This document shows, piece after piece, positions 31,060-57,920 of a DNA stretch of 64,000 bases (position 1 is its first letter; every line of letters starts with the position of its first letter). This stretch comes from Zygnema circumcarinatum SAG 698-1b (taxonomy: Eukaryota > Plantae > Zygnematophyceae). The DNA is taken from contig CM074815.1 in the NCBI GenBank assembly GCA_037447605.1, positions 1,984,001 to 2,048,000 on the forward strand. The letters are read 5' to 3'. The position numbers and the translations under genes were made by a program. The notes below the pieces were generated by a model, which saw nothing but the letters and a program-made list of their open reading frames with translations, did no database searches and was not told the DNA's origin.

Positions 31060-33098
31060 GGCGCCTCGTTCTCTCTCCACTTCCCCTTCTCCCTTCCCCA
31101 ACTTGCAACACCCCCAACCCTATTCCTAAACCTAACCCTAACGCTCCTTCCCTCTCCTGACCAAGACTCCCAACCACTCTCACGCCGCCCCCCTCAAGCA
31201 GGCGCCGCGAACCCTAACCATATCCGTAGCCCTAGCCCTACCCTAGCTCAGACCCTTAAACCCTAACCCCTAACCCTGCCTCCACGAAAGCCCCCCTACC
31301 CCCTGCGCCCTCCTCCCGCCACGTCAGCGCGCTGCCCCTCCCCGCCGTCCACGTGGTGCCGCGCTGGCCAAAAGCCCTCTCGAGCCAAAGGCGCTGCCGG
31401 GCGTGACGTGACGATGTCACGCTACCATAGCGTGGCGGTGGGTGTACGGACAGGCTGGGTGATGACGTGGCATGATGATACTGGCTGAGCTCCATAGGCG
31501 TGGTAGGGAATGGCGAGCTCGGATTCGTCGAAACGTCACGTGGGATCCCACGTGCTGGCACAAGCCGACAAAGCAAATTGTACGGATTGGATACCGTACA
31601 GTACGACTGCTTCCTGGTAGCTTTGTCTATGAGGAAAAATGCGCCGAATGTTGGAACAAAACAGCATATAAAGGCGTCAAATAACGGTAACGACGTTTTC
31701 ATGTCCCAAAAACTACTGCCCGTTCACAAATGGGAGCTTACGTGGTACAATTCTATTGGCGATTTCGCTGACTAAATGTATCCACATAGATCTGATCATA
31801 CCGTTCACAGTGCAATTTTCTGAATTTGTGACAGCGACGTGAACAAACCCCAATGATCTTTTGGAACTATTTCAGTGTCATTCTGTAATATGGACCAAAG
31901 CCTCTAGGTATTCCTCATTCTCAACCAGAGACTACAACGTCGTGAGTTGAATGCATAACGTCCCTGTCCATATCATTGTTTTGCTCGCTCTGGTTCATTA
32001 AGCTTGGAATCCAGCACGCATATGTGTGTTAAGAGTTTCCCCCCCTCCAAACGAACGTCAAGCACATTCAATCCAGCAAGGGGGGTCATTCAAGGTCAAA
32101 CCCTTTCATTCTCTGGAGGCTGGAGAGCTCCTAGGCTTGCAGCCGTTCAAAATCTCACCGTTTTCAATTTTAATTTATTTCTCTATCTTATCCATTTTCA
32201 TTTCTATTTCCATTCCCTGTGCAATGCGAGTCTCACCTAGCCGGTCGTTCTGTATTCTCCTGCGTGTCAGTAGGCTGTCCCTCTCCCTCAGCACTCTCTG
32301 CTTTCTCTGTCTTTGCCTGCTGTGCGTTTGACTGCTCGTTGCACGCATGCATGCACGCGTTTGCTTTTGCCCTCTGCCCGAGGCGGGCCTAGCCAGCAGC
32401 AAACCACCCTAAAAATCCTAACCGGAACAAATTTAGTGTTTCAAATTCAGCATCCATGCCTTCCTCCACACCCCCCGTCTCTCTCCCTTCTTCCCCCGGC
32501 TCCCGAGTTTCCACCATTTTGACAACAGTTGAAACCTCTATTGCTCCAACTCACTCTCTCAATCTGTACATGTACATGTACTCTGTACTCTGTACTCTGT
32601 AGGAGCATTAGTCCCCTCTCACACACACACTGTCACTCCCTCACTTTGTACTTCTTGCTGACTTCGTTCATTTGCTGACTGCTGACATTCAATGACCCTA
32701 AATTGTGCCTTGTTCACTTCTTGATGATTTCTGAATCAACACCTTGATTCACATTTTCAACCCTTCAGCTGCACGTCTTGCAAAAACTCAACTTTAAACC
32801 CTGCTCATTCTCTCCTTCGCCCCTAAAAGTCACTGCTTTCGTGTACGAATTCCGGGTGGGGATCCGCGGCTCCGCCGTACACAGCCGTACCGAAATGCGT
32901 ACCTAATTCGCCCGACAGGCTTACGAAATTGATTTGGCGATGGTCAAGGTCTGACTCCCCCTATTTGCGCCATGGTTTCGGCAAATATTGGGCGAAAATC
33001 TTGGAATTTGAAAGTATAATTTCTCAAACAATAATCACAACGCCAAAATGTAAAGTCTCTCGGCAAATTGAAATCACATTGTAGTAGACTCGCAATCA

Positions 33099-49195
<16,097 letters not shown>

Positions 49196-50017
49196 GGCTT
49201 TTCCCTCCGTCGTCCGCCCTCCGCTCTCTTCCTTCCTCCTCCCTCTGCCTCTTCCCTGCGCCCTCCCTCCACCCTCCACCCCTCCCCTCCACCCTCCACC
49301 CCTCCACCCTCCGCTCTTTTCCTCCCTCCTCCCTCTGCCTCCCTCCTGCGCCCTCCCTCCTCCCTCTTCCCTCCTTCCCCCCTCCTCCCTCCGCTCTCTT
49401 CCCTCTGCCCTTTATTTCTCCCTCCGCCCTCCACTCTCCTCCCACCACCCCTCCGCCCTCCTCCCTCCTCCCTCCGCTCCCCTCCCTCTCGCCCTCCCGC
49501 GCCGGCGAGCGCCCGCGAGCACCGAACCGCGTTGACATGGCAGAAAGTGACTTTGGTGCCTTGCGAAGTTCCGCGGCGCTGCCGTAAAACTGCCAAGGGC
49601 CAAAGTTCCAGCCGTACGAATTGTGTACGGTCGTTGACTGAGGGTCAATATTTCGTCCGTACGAACAATGTACAAATAGTCGTCACGTGACTGCCAGGTT
49701 CCTGCCACGTCACGCGGCTGCACAAGGCCGGGGCAGGAAAGTGCCCGTTAGTACATTTTTGTACATTGATCCTCGTAGTTTCCAGGATCCGTACTGTTCC
49801 GGGCGGCCCCGCGTTGGTGGGCGAGGACTGTGTTTTGTCGTGTTGCGCGTCACACCCGATTCCGGCCGAACGGCGGCGGGTTGCCGTCCAGAAGCCATGG
49901 CCGGGCCTGCGGGCGGCTCACGCACCCGCGGGGCCACGAACCTTCCTAAGAAGCAGCAAGGCCGTCCGTACGTCACGACGTGGCGACTATAGCTCCGTAT
50001 TATACACTTTGAGGTTC

Positions 50018-50156
50018 CTAGGCGTAGTTTTCCGCTCCTAGCTTCGTTTTATTGTGTTTCGGTCCTTTGTGACCAGTCCTTCGTGGTTCCACATTTTGCC
50101 TTTATCCATGTAAATTTGATGGCCTCGCCATCGCGAGTTCAATGAAAGTTTGCGTT
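50018..50156 (+). mobile_element. Short interspersed retro-insertion (SINE-like or 5'-truncated LINE end) with a 12-bp TSD; related copies at about 15375-15450 and 27003-27096
   Basis: ACTTTGAGGTTC at 50006-50017 and 50157-50168; shared core TCGTGGTT...CCATGTA(C/A)ATTTGATGGC(CTC)GCCATC. Confidence 0.7.
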
Positions 50157-50469
50157 ACTTTGAGGTTCGATACAATATATAATACAGTATTAATACTGTA
50201 TAATACACTGTATAATACCTTAACGCAACTGTTTACAACCGTACAATCTGAACATAGATACGTACGGAAATTATGTACGGAAGGGGTGTACCAGCATGTA
50301 CGGACCCAGTCACACGTGTTGAGTGTTTGGCAAGTGACGTGACTTGGCAAGTGCTGGAATTTCAATATTATAATCAATCTTTGTTCAACTAAGCACGAAA
50401 ATAAAAAAAATACGTTAAATACATTAAAAATACACTGTATTTTTAAATGTTGTATAATACGCATGTATT

Positions 50470-51002
50470 ATGTGCTCGATTGGCAGCCTTGCAGCTCACC
50501 GTTAATTTGTCCAAGTGTTTTGCTTGGTCTCCGGTTGGTCTCCCCTCTTCCCTTTCGCTTTCGTCTGGTATACAGACTTGCTCGGACGCGCTTGGTATTC
50601 GCGTCCTTGTTTGCCCTTTTGGGGTTGCCTCGTATGTTGATCGTTTTGTGGATGATGCTTTGGCTGAAGATGTGTCTCAGGTTGATGAGTTGCCTCATCT
50701 TTCTGATCCCCAGGTGGCCTTTTCCCTGCTTACTCGTTGTTTTGCTTTACGTCCCTCCTATTTTTTACGAACCCCACCTCCTACCCTTGCTTTTCTTGCG
50801 TCCTTGCATACTTTTGATGAGCGCCTTTTCTCTGTGTGTCATCGTCTTTTGGGTCCGGGTATTTTTGACCGGCTGGAAGGTCCGCTTGCTCGTCTGTAGG
50901 CCTCACTTCCTATTTCTGCAGGTGGTTTGGGGCTTGTCCCCAGTGAGCGTGTTGCATCCCCTGCTTTTTTGGGTAGTTGGGCCCTTGTTGCTCCAGTTTT
51001 AG
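50470..51002 (+). mobile_element. Non-LTR retrotransposon fragment (RT C-terminal/thumb region, CRE-clade-like), degenerate
   Basis: LQLTVNLSKC...GIRVLVCPFG...DPQVAFSLLTRC...RPSYFLRT...RL*ASLPISAGGLGL...AFLGSW; truncated at 51002 by an LTR. Confidence 0.65.
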
Positions 51003-51505
51003 TGTAACAAGCCTTGAGCACAACACCCAAAGCCTGCTAGAGACTAAGTCACTTAAACGTAATGCTGGTTTCTGGAACGATTGCAAGTGCCCCTTTCCTA
51101 GGACCCCCTCTTGCATTCATCCCACGCCCCTTATACGCTCCCCCCGTCGAACCCTTTACCAGCGTAAGGGACCGGGAGCAGGGCTAGCCAATAGCGCTAT
51201 GCCACGTGGCCTATCGGCTGGTCCAATGCCAGTTGTATGAGAGGCACGGTCACGGTCACCAGCATTCCCAATGTGTGACCGTGACACGTCACTCCGTATA
51301 GCGACCGGCGGTCGTGGTCGCGTTCCGATCTCGAACGCGACGCGCGACGCCGCAGAATCGCCGTCAGTCCGTACCGTCCGTACGGGTGGTACGGATCCGT
51401 ATGGCTACACCGTACGACTGTACGGACGGCTTGTACGGCCGAACCGTACGGAGATCCTCAGGATGCCGGCGGCACCGTGGTGTCTGTAGCGTTCAGTTCG
51501 CTACA
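51003..51505 (-). mobile_element. 3' LTR of the Ty3/gypsy chromovirus (~503 bp)
   Basis: Minus strand TGTAGC...GTTACA, preceded by a polypurine tract (reverse complement of ttactcccccccccaa, 51506-51521). Confidence 0.75.
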
Positions 51506-51636
51506 TTACTCCCCCCCCCAATGCGAAGTGTGAACGTCCTCGTTCACGAGGGTAAATCAAGTCAAAGCAGCTCGCAGTTTCGACGACACGCGTCGAACTC
51601 TGCGTGATGTACGGGAGGGCTCAGCGATAATCCCGG

Positions 51637-54600
51637 TCAAGTCCCCGTCCGAGTTGCGCGAAGACTGCCCAGGAACCCCCGTTCAGCCCTCGCCCGCGCT
51701 CCGGCGGCCCGCGCCTCCCAATACAAATCAAGGAGCTCCTGGCAATTGGTCAAGTTGCCTTCTTTCTCCCAAGTACTATGTTCAACCCCATAGCCCAACC
51801 ACTTCACGAGATACTCGTGATGGGATCTGCGACCCTTTCGCACTGTTCGGTGGGTTTGAATGGCTTCAACCTCATACTCAAGGTCGCCTTCAATCTCCAC
51901 TGGTGTAGGAGGTGGTTGGATCCTCCCGTCGTGTCGGTAAGCCTTTAGCAGACTCACATGAAAGACCGGATGCACTTTCATATGGGCTGGTAAATCCAAC
52001 CTGTAAGCCACTTCTCCAATGCGCTTCACGACTTTAAAAGGCCCCACATAACGTGGCCACAGCTTACGGGTGCCGCCATAAGCTTTGAGTTTAAGATGAG
52101 CGGTACTCAACAAAACTTCATNNNNNNNNNNTTCGGTGGACACCCATGTGCCACTCAGAAGGGGATTGATCCTTCGGCTGCAGGGGATTTAGAGGATGCT
52201 GACCAAAATTCAAAAAGAATGGAGTAGTACCGATAGATTCCTGGTACGCATTATTAATGGCATATTCAGCCACCGGGAGCAACTGATCCCACACATCCGG
52301 TGTAGGTCCCACATAATGCCGAAGATAATCTTCCAGGATTCGGTTCACCCGCTCCGTCTGGCCGTCAGTTTGCGGGTGGAAGGCTGTACTCATAGCCTGC
52401 TTGGTACCCACGATTCGTAGCACTTCTTTCCAGAAATGTCCAGTGAATCTGGGATCTCGATCAGAAATAATCTCTGATTGAAGCCCATGCAAACTCCATA
52501 CTTTGTCAACATAGATCCGTGCCATCTCATCGGCCCCAGCTGTCTTAGTAGTTGGTGCAAAATGCACCATCTTGCTGAGCCTATCGACGAACACTAAGAT
52601 GGAGTCAAAACCCCGTGGTGTGGCAGGAAGATCAGTGATCAAATCCATGCCAACACTCTCCCATTTCCGAAAAGGAGGTGTCAAGGGTTGCAGCTGGCCA
52701 GGAATCCTGCCAGTGCGTGCCTTATCACGTTGACAAGTGGGACAGGCGAGTACATACGCCTTCACATCCCTCGTGAGCCCCGGCCACCAGAACTCACGGA
52801 GCAGTGCCTCACGAGTCTTGGCAATTCCCATATGACCTCTGTACGGCGGATCATGCAACTCACTCAGAATGAGTTGCCGTACAACCCCGGTCTTGGGCAC
52901 GACCAATTGCGTCCCGTGATACCAAAACCCATCTGTTGAGAGCACCACTTTGTCCTTATAGCCACTACCCTGGCCATCCAAGAACAAGGGATCACCAGTA
53001 TAGCCCTCTTGAATCATCCGTCTGAGATCAGTGAGAGCAGGAGGGTCGACTGTCTGACTGGTGGGGTGGTTTATGGCTAGACATACCGGAAAGGGAAAAT
53101 CAGGGTTGGCCGGCCCTTCATCTCGACCGCTTTGTTCCTCCATCACCCGAGTCGACGAATGCACCATCCAGGCTAGATGTCGCGACTGCCTGCTCAATGG
53201 ATCCGCCACATTCAACCTCCCCGTCGACAGACCTAATCGATACCAAATCGTTGAAGGAACTCGACCAGCCAGGCTCAGCCAGTCAATGTCCGTTGAGAGG
53301 AGAGAATAACGTCGATGATCCAGGATAAGCGTGAATCATTTAAATAACACGCTTAAGGTTCTCATATGCGGATTACTGCAAGGAGCTCCTGCTCAGTTGC
53401 AGAATAATTGCGTTCGGCTGGGTTCATCTTACGACTTTCGTACGCAAGAGGTCGACCATCCTGAAACAGGACAGCTCCCAGAGCAAATCCGGACGCATCA
53501 CAAACCACCTCATATGGTTTGGTAGGGTCTGCCAACACCAATGTAGGTGCGGTGACTAAGGCATGTTTAACACCCTCAAAGGCCCGCTGGCATTCAGGCG
53601 TCCAAGTGTAAGTGACACCGGCACGTGTCAAATCTGTCAAGGGAGTAACAAGTTTGCTAAACCCTTGAATAAATTTACGAAAATAATTCGCAAATCCGAG
53701 GAAAGACCGCAACTGATGTAAATCAGCCGGTACTTCCCATGTCTCAACCGCAACCACCTTAGCCGGGTCCGGTCGAATGCCCTGATCATTCAGGATATGC
53801 CCAAGGTAAAGCAGCTCACGCTGCATGAAGTGACACTTCTTCCACTTGGCATAAAAATGATGCTTCCTCAGAACTTCAAACACCCTTCTCACGTGTTGAA
53901 GATGGTCCTCAACTGTCTTACTAAAGACGAGGATATCATCGAGGTACACCAAAACAAAGTCATCCATGCCAATGAACATTTCGTTCATGACGGCCTGGAA
54001 AGTTGCTGGAGCATTAGTCAATCCAAAAGGTAAAACTTTATACTGGAAGTGACCAATAGGCGTACGAAACGCCGTCTTAGGTACATCAGCATCCGTCACA
54101 CGAATCTGATGATAACCTTGTGCAAGATCGAGTGATGTGAATACTCGAGCACCTTGCAATCTGTCCAGCAAGTCATCAATACGCGGTAACGCATACCGAT
54201 TCTTGACAGTTATCTTGTTAAGTGCCCGATAGTCAATGCACATTCGCAAAGAACCATCTTTCTTCCCCACAAAGAGGATTGGAGCACCGAAAGGACTCTG
54301 GCTGGGTTCAATCCAACCTTTGTCTCTCAAGTTTGAGAGTTGCTTACGCATCTCTTCGGTCTCCTTGGGACTTAACCGATAAATCGGCCGCCACGGCGGC
54401 TTATGTCCAGGTTCCAAGGGAATAGTATGCCCGACACCTCGTGACGGAGGCAATCCCCGAGGTAAGTCATCAGGAAAAATATCCCTGAATTCATCCAACA
54501 ACGGTTGGATCCGAGATGGAACAGGTGACAACACATCCGTAGGTGTGACATGCCACTCTTGTTCCTCGTCATGAACATCTTCCGTGGTATCCATGACTTG

Positions 54601-57600
54601 TACCAAAAACAAGGTACATCCTGCCTTAACAGCTTTAGCCAACTGCATGGCTGAACACTGAAAAGGTGTATCAGACTGCTCAGCAGCATCTGGAATCGTA
54701 ATGCCTGGGCGCAGAGTTATTTGTCGTACGCCACAACGCAAAACACAAGTAGGTATGGAAAAATCCATCTGAGCCTTGACCATAGATAACCACTGACTTC
54801 CCAGAATAATATCTAGGCCAGGCGCCAGATTAGTGACCAAACACCGAATCTGCCCTGAGTAAGTCTGAATCTTCAGACGTGTGGTTATGGTTCCAAGGAT
54901 TTGACCCTGTCTACCATCACCAAAAGTCACGACTTCGGTGAGAGGGGAGACAGACAAGTCAACAAGCTTAACAAGTACAGCACTAATGAAATTAGAATCA
55001 GCACCTGAATCAAGTAAAACTACTACAGATCTGCCGCCAATGAATCCCTGAAAGGTCATTGCACGGTGTGCAAGGTGGAAGAGTGACCGCAATACATACG
55101 ATGATGGAGAACATGAAGTCCGCCAGATCAAAGGGTACGGCGATCCAACCAGCAAACTGGTAGAAGTATCCACCCAATGTAGCATGGGATGGCCTTTTCG
55201 CCACATCTTGACCAACTTCCAGTTAGTATGGCTAAAAGTCCCAATAGAAGCATGCAAAGGCATCAATACATGCAAACTTGAAACATGATTAGTGGTGCGC
55301 TGTAAACGTAAAGCAACAAATAGGCAATCAATAAGAGACACATTACCTGAAGGATTCAAAATCCAAACAGTCAATTGTTCTCCATGTTGGTGCAAGGGGC
55401 CAGAGGGCAGACTTCAAGGAAGGGATAAAGACATGCCCGGATGAAGCTCAAAACTTTCTTCATCTTCCACTTGGGCCACATACCGCTTCCTCCACGATCT
55501 GCCTTCCACCCACCCCTTGCCGGGTGCGCACAGCGGAAACTAAAAGCGCCACCTACAAGAACACTTCAACTCCTCCATGGTCTCGGCTCCTCAAGTCCAC
55601 GCTCCTCCAATGATCTCCTCGTGTGGAGCAACACACCGCCCATACAATGGTCGCCTCCACTCATCCACCACGCTTATCCAACACGAGGACTCACATGACA
55701 AATGATGCAGTAGTAAGGAGAAAGCCCACGGCCCCAAAACTCCTTAAACTTCATGAGTGTAATACAAGCTCTTCTAAGAAATCTACATAATCCCTTATGC
55801 TAGATTCTCCTCCTCACATGAGCGCTATCCTATCCTCTGATAGAAAGCCTACACCCCAACTGCAGTAGCCAAGCACTAACTGCCTCCATGAACTCCTCCT
55901 CTACCTCAACACAAGAGGGACACATCATCTAACTTCTTCACTAAAGCTTAGCATGATGAGAGCTAGTTCCTTCACGACCTTCATACACAAGGCCGGACTC
56001 CTCTAGGCCTCAGCCTCTGCCTACTCTTCCTAACACGAAGGTTGAGCAGTATAACATTCAGAGAGAGTGAGTCGAGCGAGTGAGTTTGCTCCCTTTTGAA
56101 CAACAATGGCGATGTGACGTGACACAAGTTGTCACGTCACGGCCGGCCCTTGCATCCGGCAAAGCGGCGCACCCAATTAGCGACCTACGATAGTGGTCCC
56201 GTAAACCTATAGTGGCACCGACCTACGCTTTGCCCAGCCGTACAGATTCACCAAGCGGCGGGTCCCCTTTTTGGTCCCTTCTCACTTTTCCGGCAGCCGA
56301 CCTTTCTTCCGTACGCTCAGACCCGCCGACCCACTACCGAGTGGTCCACGTGGCGTGGCGTGATTCGTCACTGACTTCCTGAAGCGCCTCCACTGACGCT
56401 TCACTCCGCCGCTTCGCGCACCGCCTCAAAAGTCTTCTAGTTGTGCCATGTGTCGCGCGCTCCGTACTCCGCACTCGCGCCGCGACCAATCAGCGCACTC
56501 CGTCATCTCACATATTCTCCACCGACATTGCCGAACCATGCGTCACGTCACGCATAGAGACGCGCCGCGATTCGCGTGCTGTCGCGACCAATCATGTCGC
56601 TTCACGCAAATCCGCCTCTCGCGCTTCCAAATCTCCGCGTCCGTCAACTTCCGCGTCGTCCGTACAATTCGCGCGCCGTCCGTACGGCCGCGCTCCAAAT
56701 CCGTCCAGGCGCACTCCGCGCGCCCCCTTTGGTTCGATCTAAGTCAAGGCCGCAAACCTATGACCCTAGACTATTCCTAGACCTGCCGTACCGTGCCCTA
56801 ACGATACGGGCACCACCCATGTTCGGTCCATTACCGAATCGCTCATGCATGACATTGTCCCTACACCAAAACATTGATGTCCCCGACAACATTCATGCTA
56901 GGAACTAAGTACCAACAACTTGATGTACCTCATACATCAACACTCCATTCATCACAACATTCATGAAAGAGTCAGGAGTCACGATTAAGGAAATCGAGAA
57001 TGGAATCACATTCAGATGCTCAGGACACAAAGTCACAAATACATCATGGTCATCCGGCTGTCTGCCCATCACTTTCAAAATGTCAAGAGGTTGTGGTACA
57101 AGCAAGCCTCTAGAACTGATAGCAGCAGCTGCAATCCTTAATCCATCTTCTCCACCCCGCAGCGACTCCTACACTGCTGGTGGTGTGCCGTTTTCCGGCC
57201 CTTTTCCCTTCTTGTCCTTGATGCTTTGCGGACAGTCCTTCGCCATATGGCCAGACTGCCGGCATCGGAAACATCGTCCTTCCTTCTTCATCTTCTCCAA
57301 TTCCTGTGGAGTAAGCTTTTGCACCTTTGCAGAAGGCTGTGGGGCAGAGGTGGCACTCGGCTTTCTCTTTTGCGGATTCGCCTCCTTAAGCTTTGGAAAT
57401 AAAGGGAAGAGCTTCCGGTCTGCCTCTGGAGGTGGTGGACGTGAAGGCCCGGCGCTGCCGCCAGGAAAGGAATCAGCTTGCAAAGCCGCCGCATAGNNNN
57501 NNNNNNAATTCCTTCTTCAAATGCGGCTTCAGGCCCATCCAGAAGTGATAAAACACTGCTTCATCAGTAGGACGATGTGTCTTAATGAGTGACACCGTCA

Positions 57601-57910
57601 TACGCAGATCTCGCAAGAACTTCTTGGCACTACCAGTTTGTACCATATTGTGGTACCTTTGACGCGCTTCCATTCCAGGATCCAAAACCCCAAAATGACG
57701 CTCAAGTTCCTTGCGGAATTTCTCCCAATCACTCCCAATCTTAGTGGCTAAGCTCTCGTATACACGATAGGCATCGCCGCGAAGTGATGGATAGGAAAAA
57801 TTCACCCACTCCTTCTGTGGGCAATTCGTGGCGTGAAGGTAACCCTTCACTTGGCCCAACCACTGTTCAATAGAACAGTCGGTTGCAGGGTGTTCTCCCC
57901 AAGGAGAAAT
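51637..57910 (-). mobile_element. Ty3/gypsy chromovirus internal region: gag (CCHC knuckle), unknown domain, protease, RT, RNase H, integrase, chromodomain; interrupted by a solo LTR, N gaps and frameshifts near RNase H
   Basis: CFRCRQSGHMAKDC; LLDSGA; YLDDIL; CDASG; HxxxxxxH...CxxC plus D,D35E integrase; GPF motif; EYEVEAI...YLVKWLGY...STWE chromodomain. Confidence 0.95.
55385..56942 (-). mobile_element. Solo LTR (1558 bp), related to the Copia LTRs at 61373 and 63126, inserted in the gypsy pol frame
   Basis: TGTTG...CAACA ends; TSD CTCCA at 55380-55384 and 56943-56947; shares CTTAGTTCCTAG, AAGGAGTTTT...GCTTTCTCCT and CCCTCTG(G)CCCCT blocks with the Copia LTR. Confidence 0.85.
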
Positions 57911-57920
57911 NNNNNNNNNN

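Noticed and set aside
53215-53365. Programmed frameshift in gypsy RNase H
   Set aside because: Multiple scrambled indels look like low-quality sequence or decay; the same applies to Copia 59880-61600.
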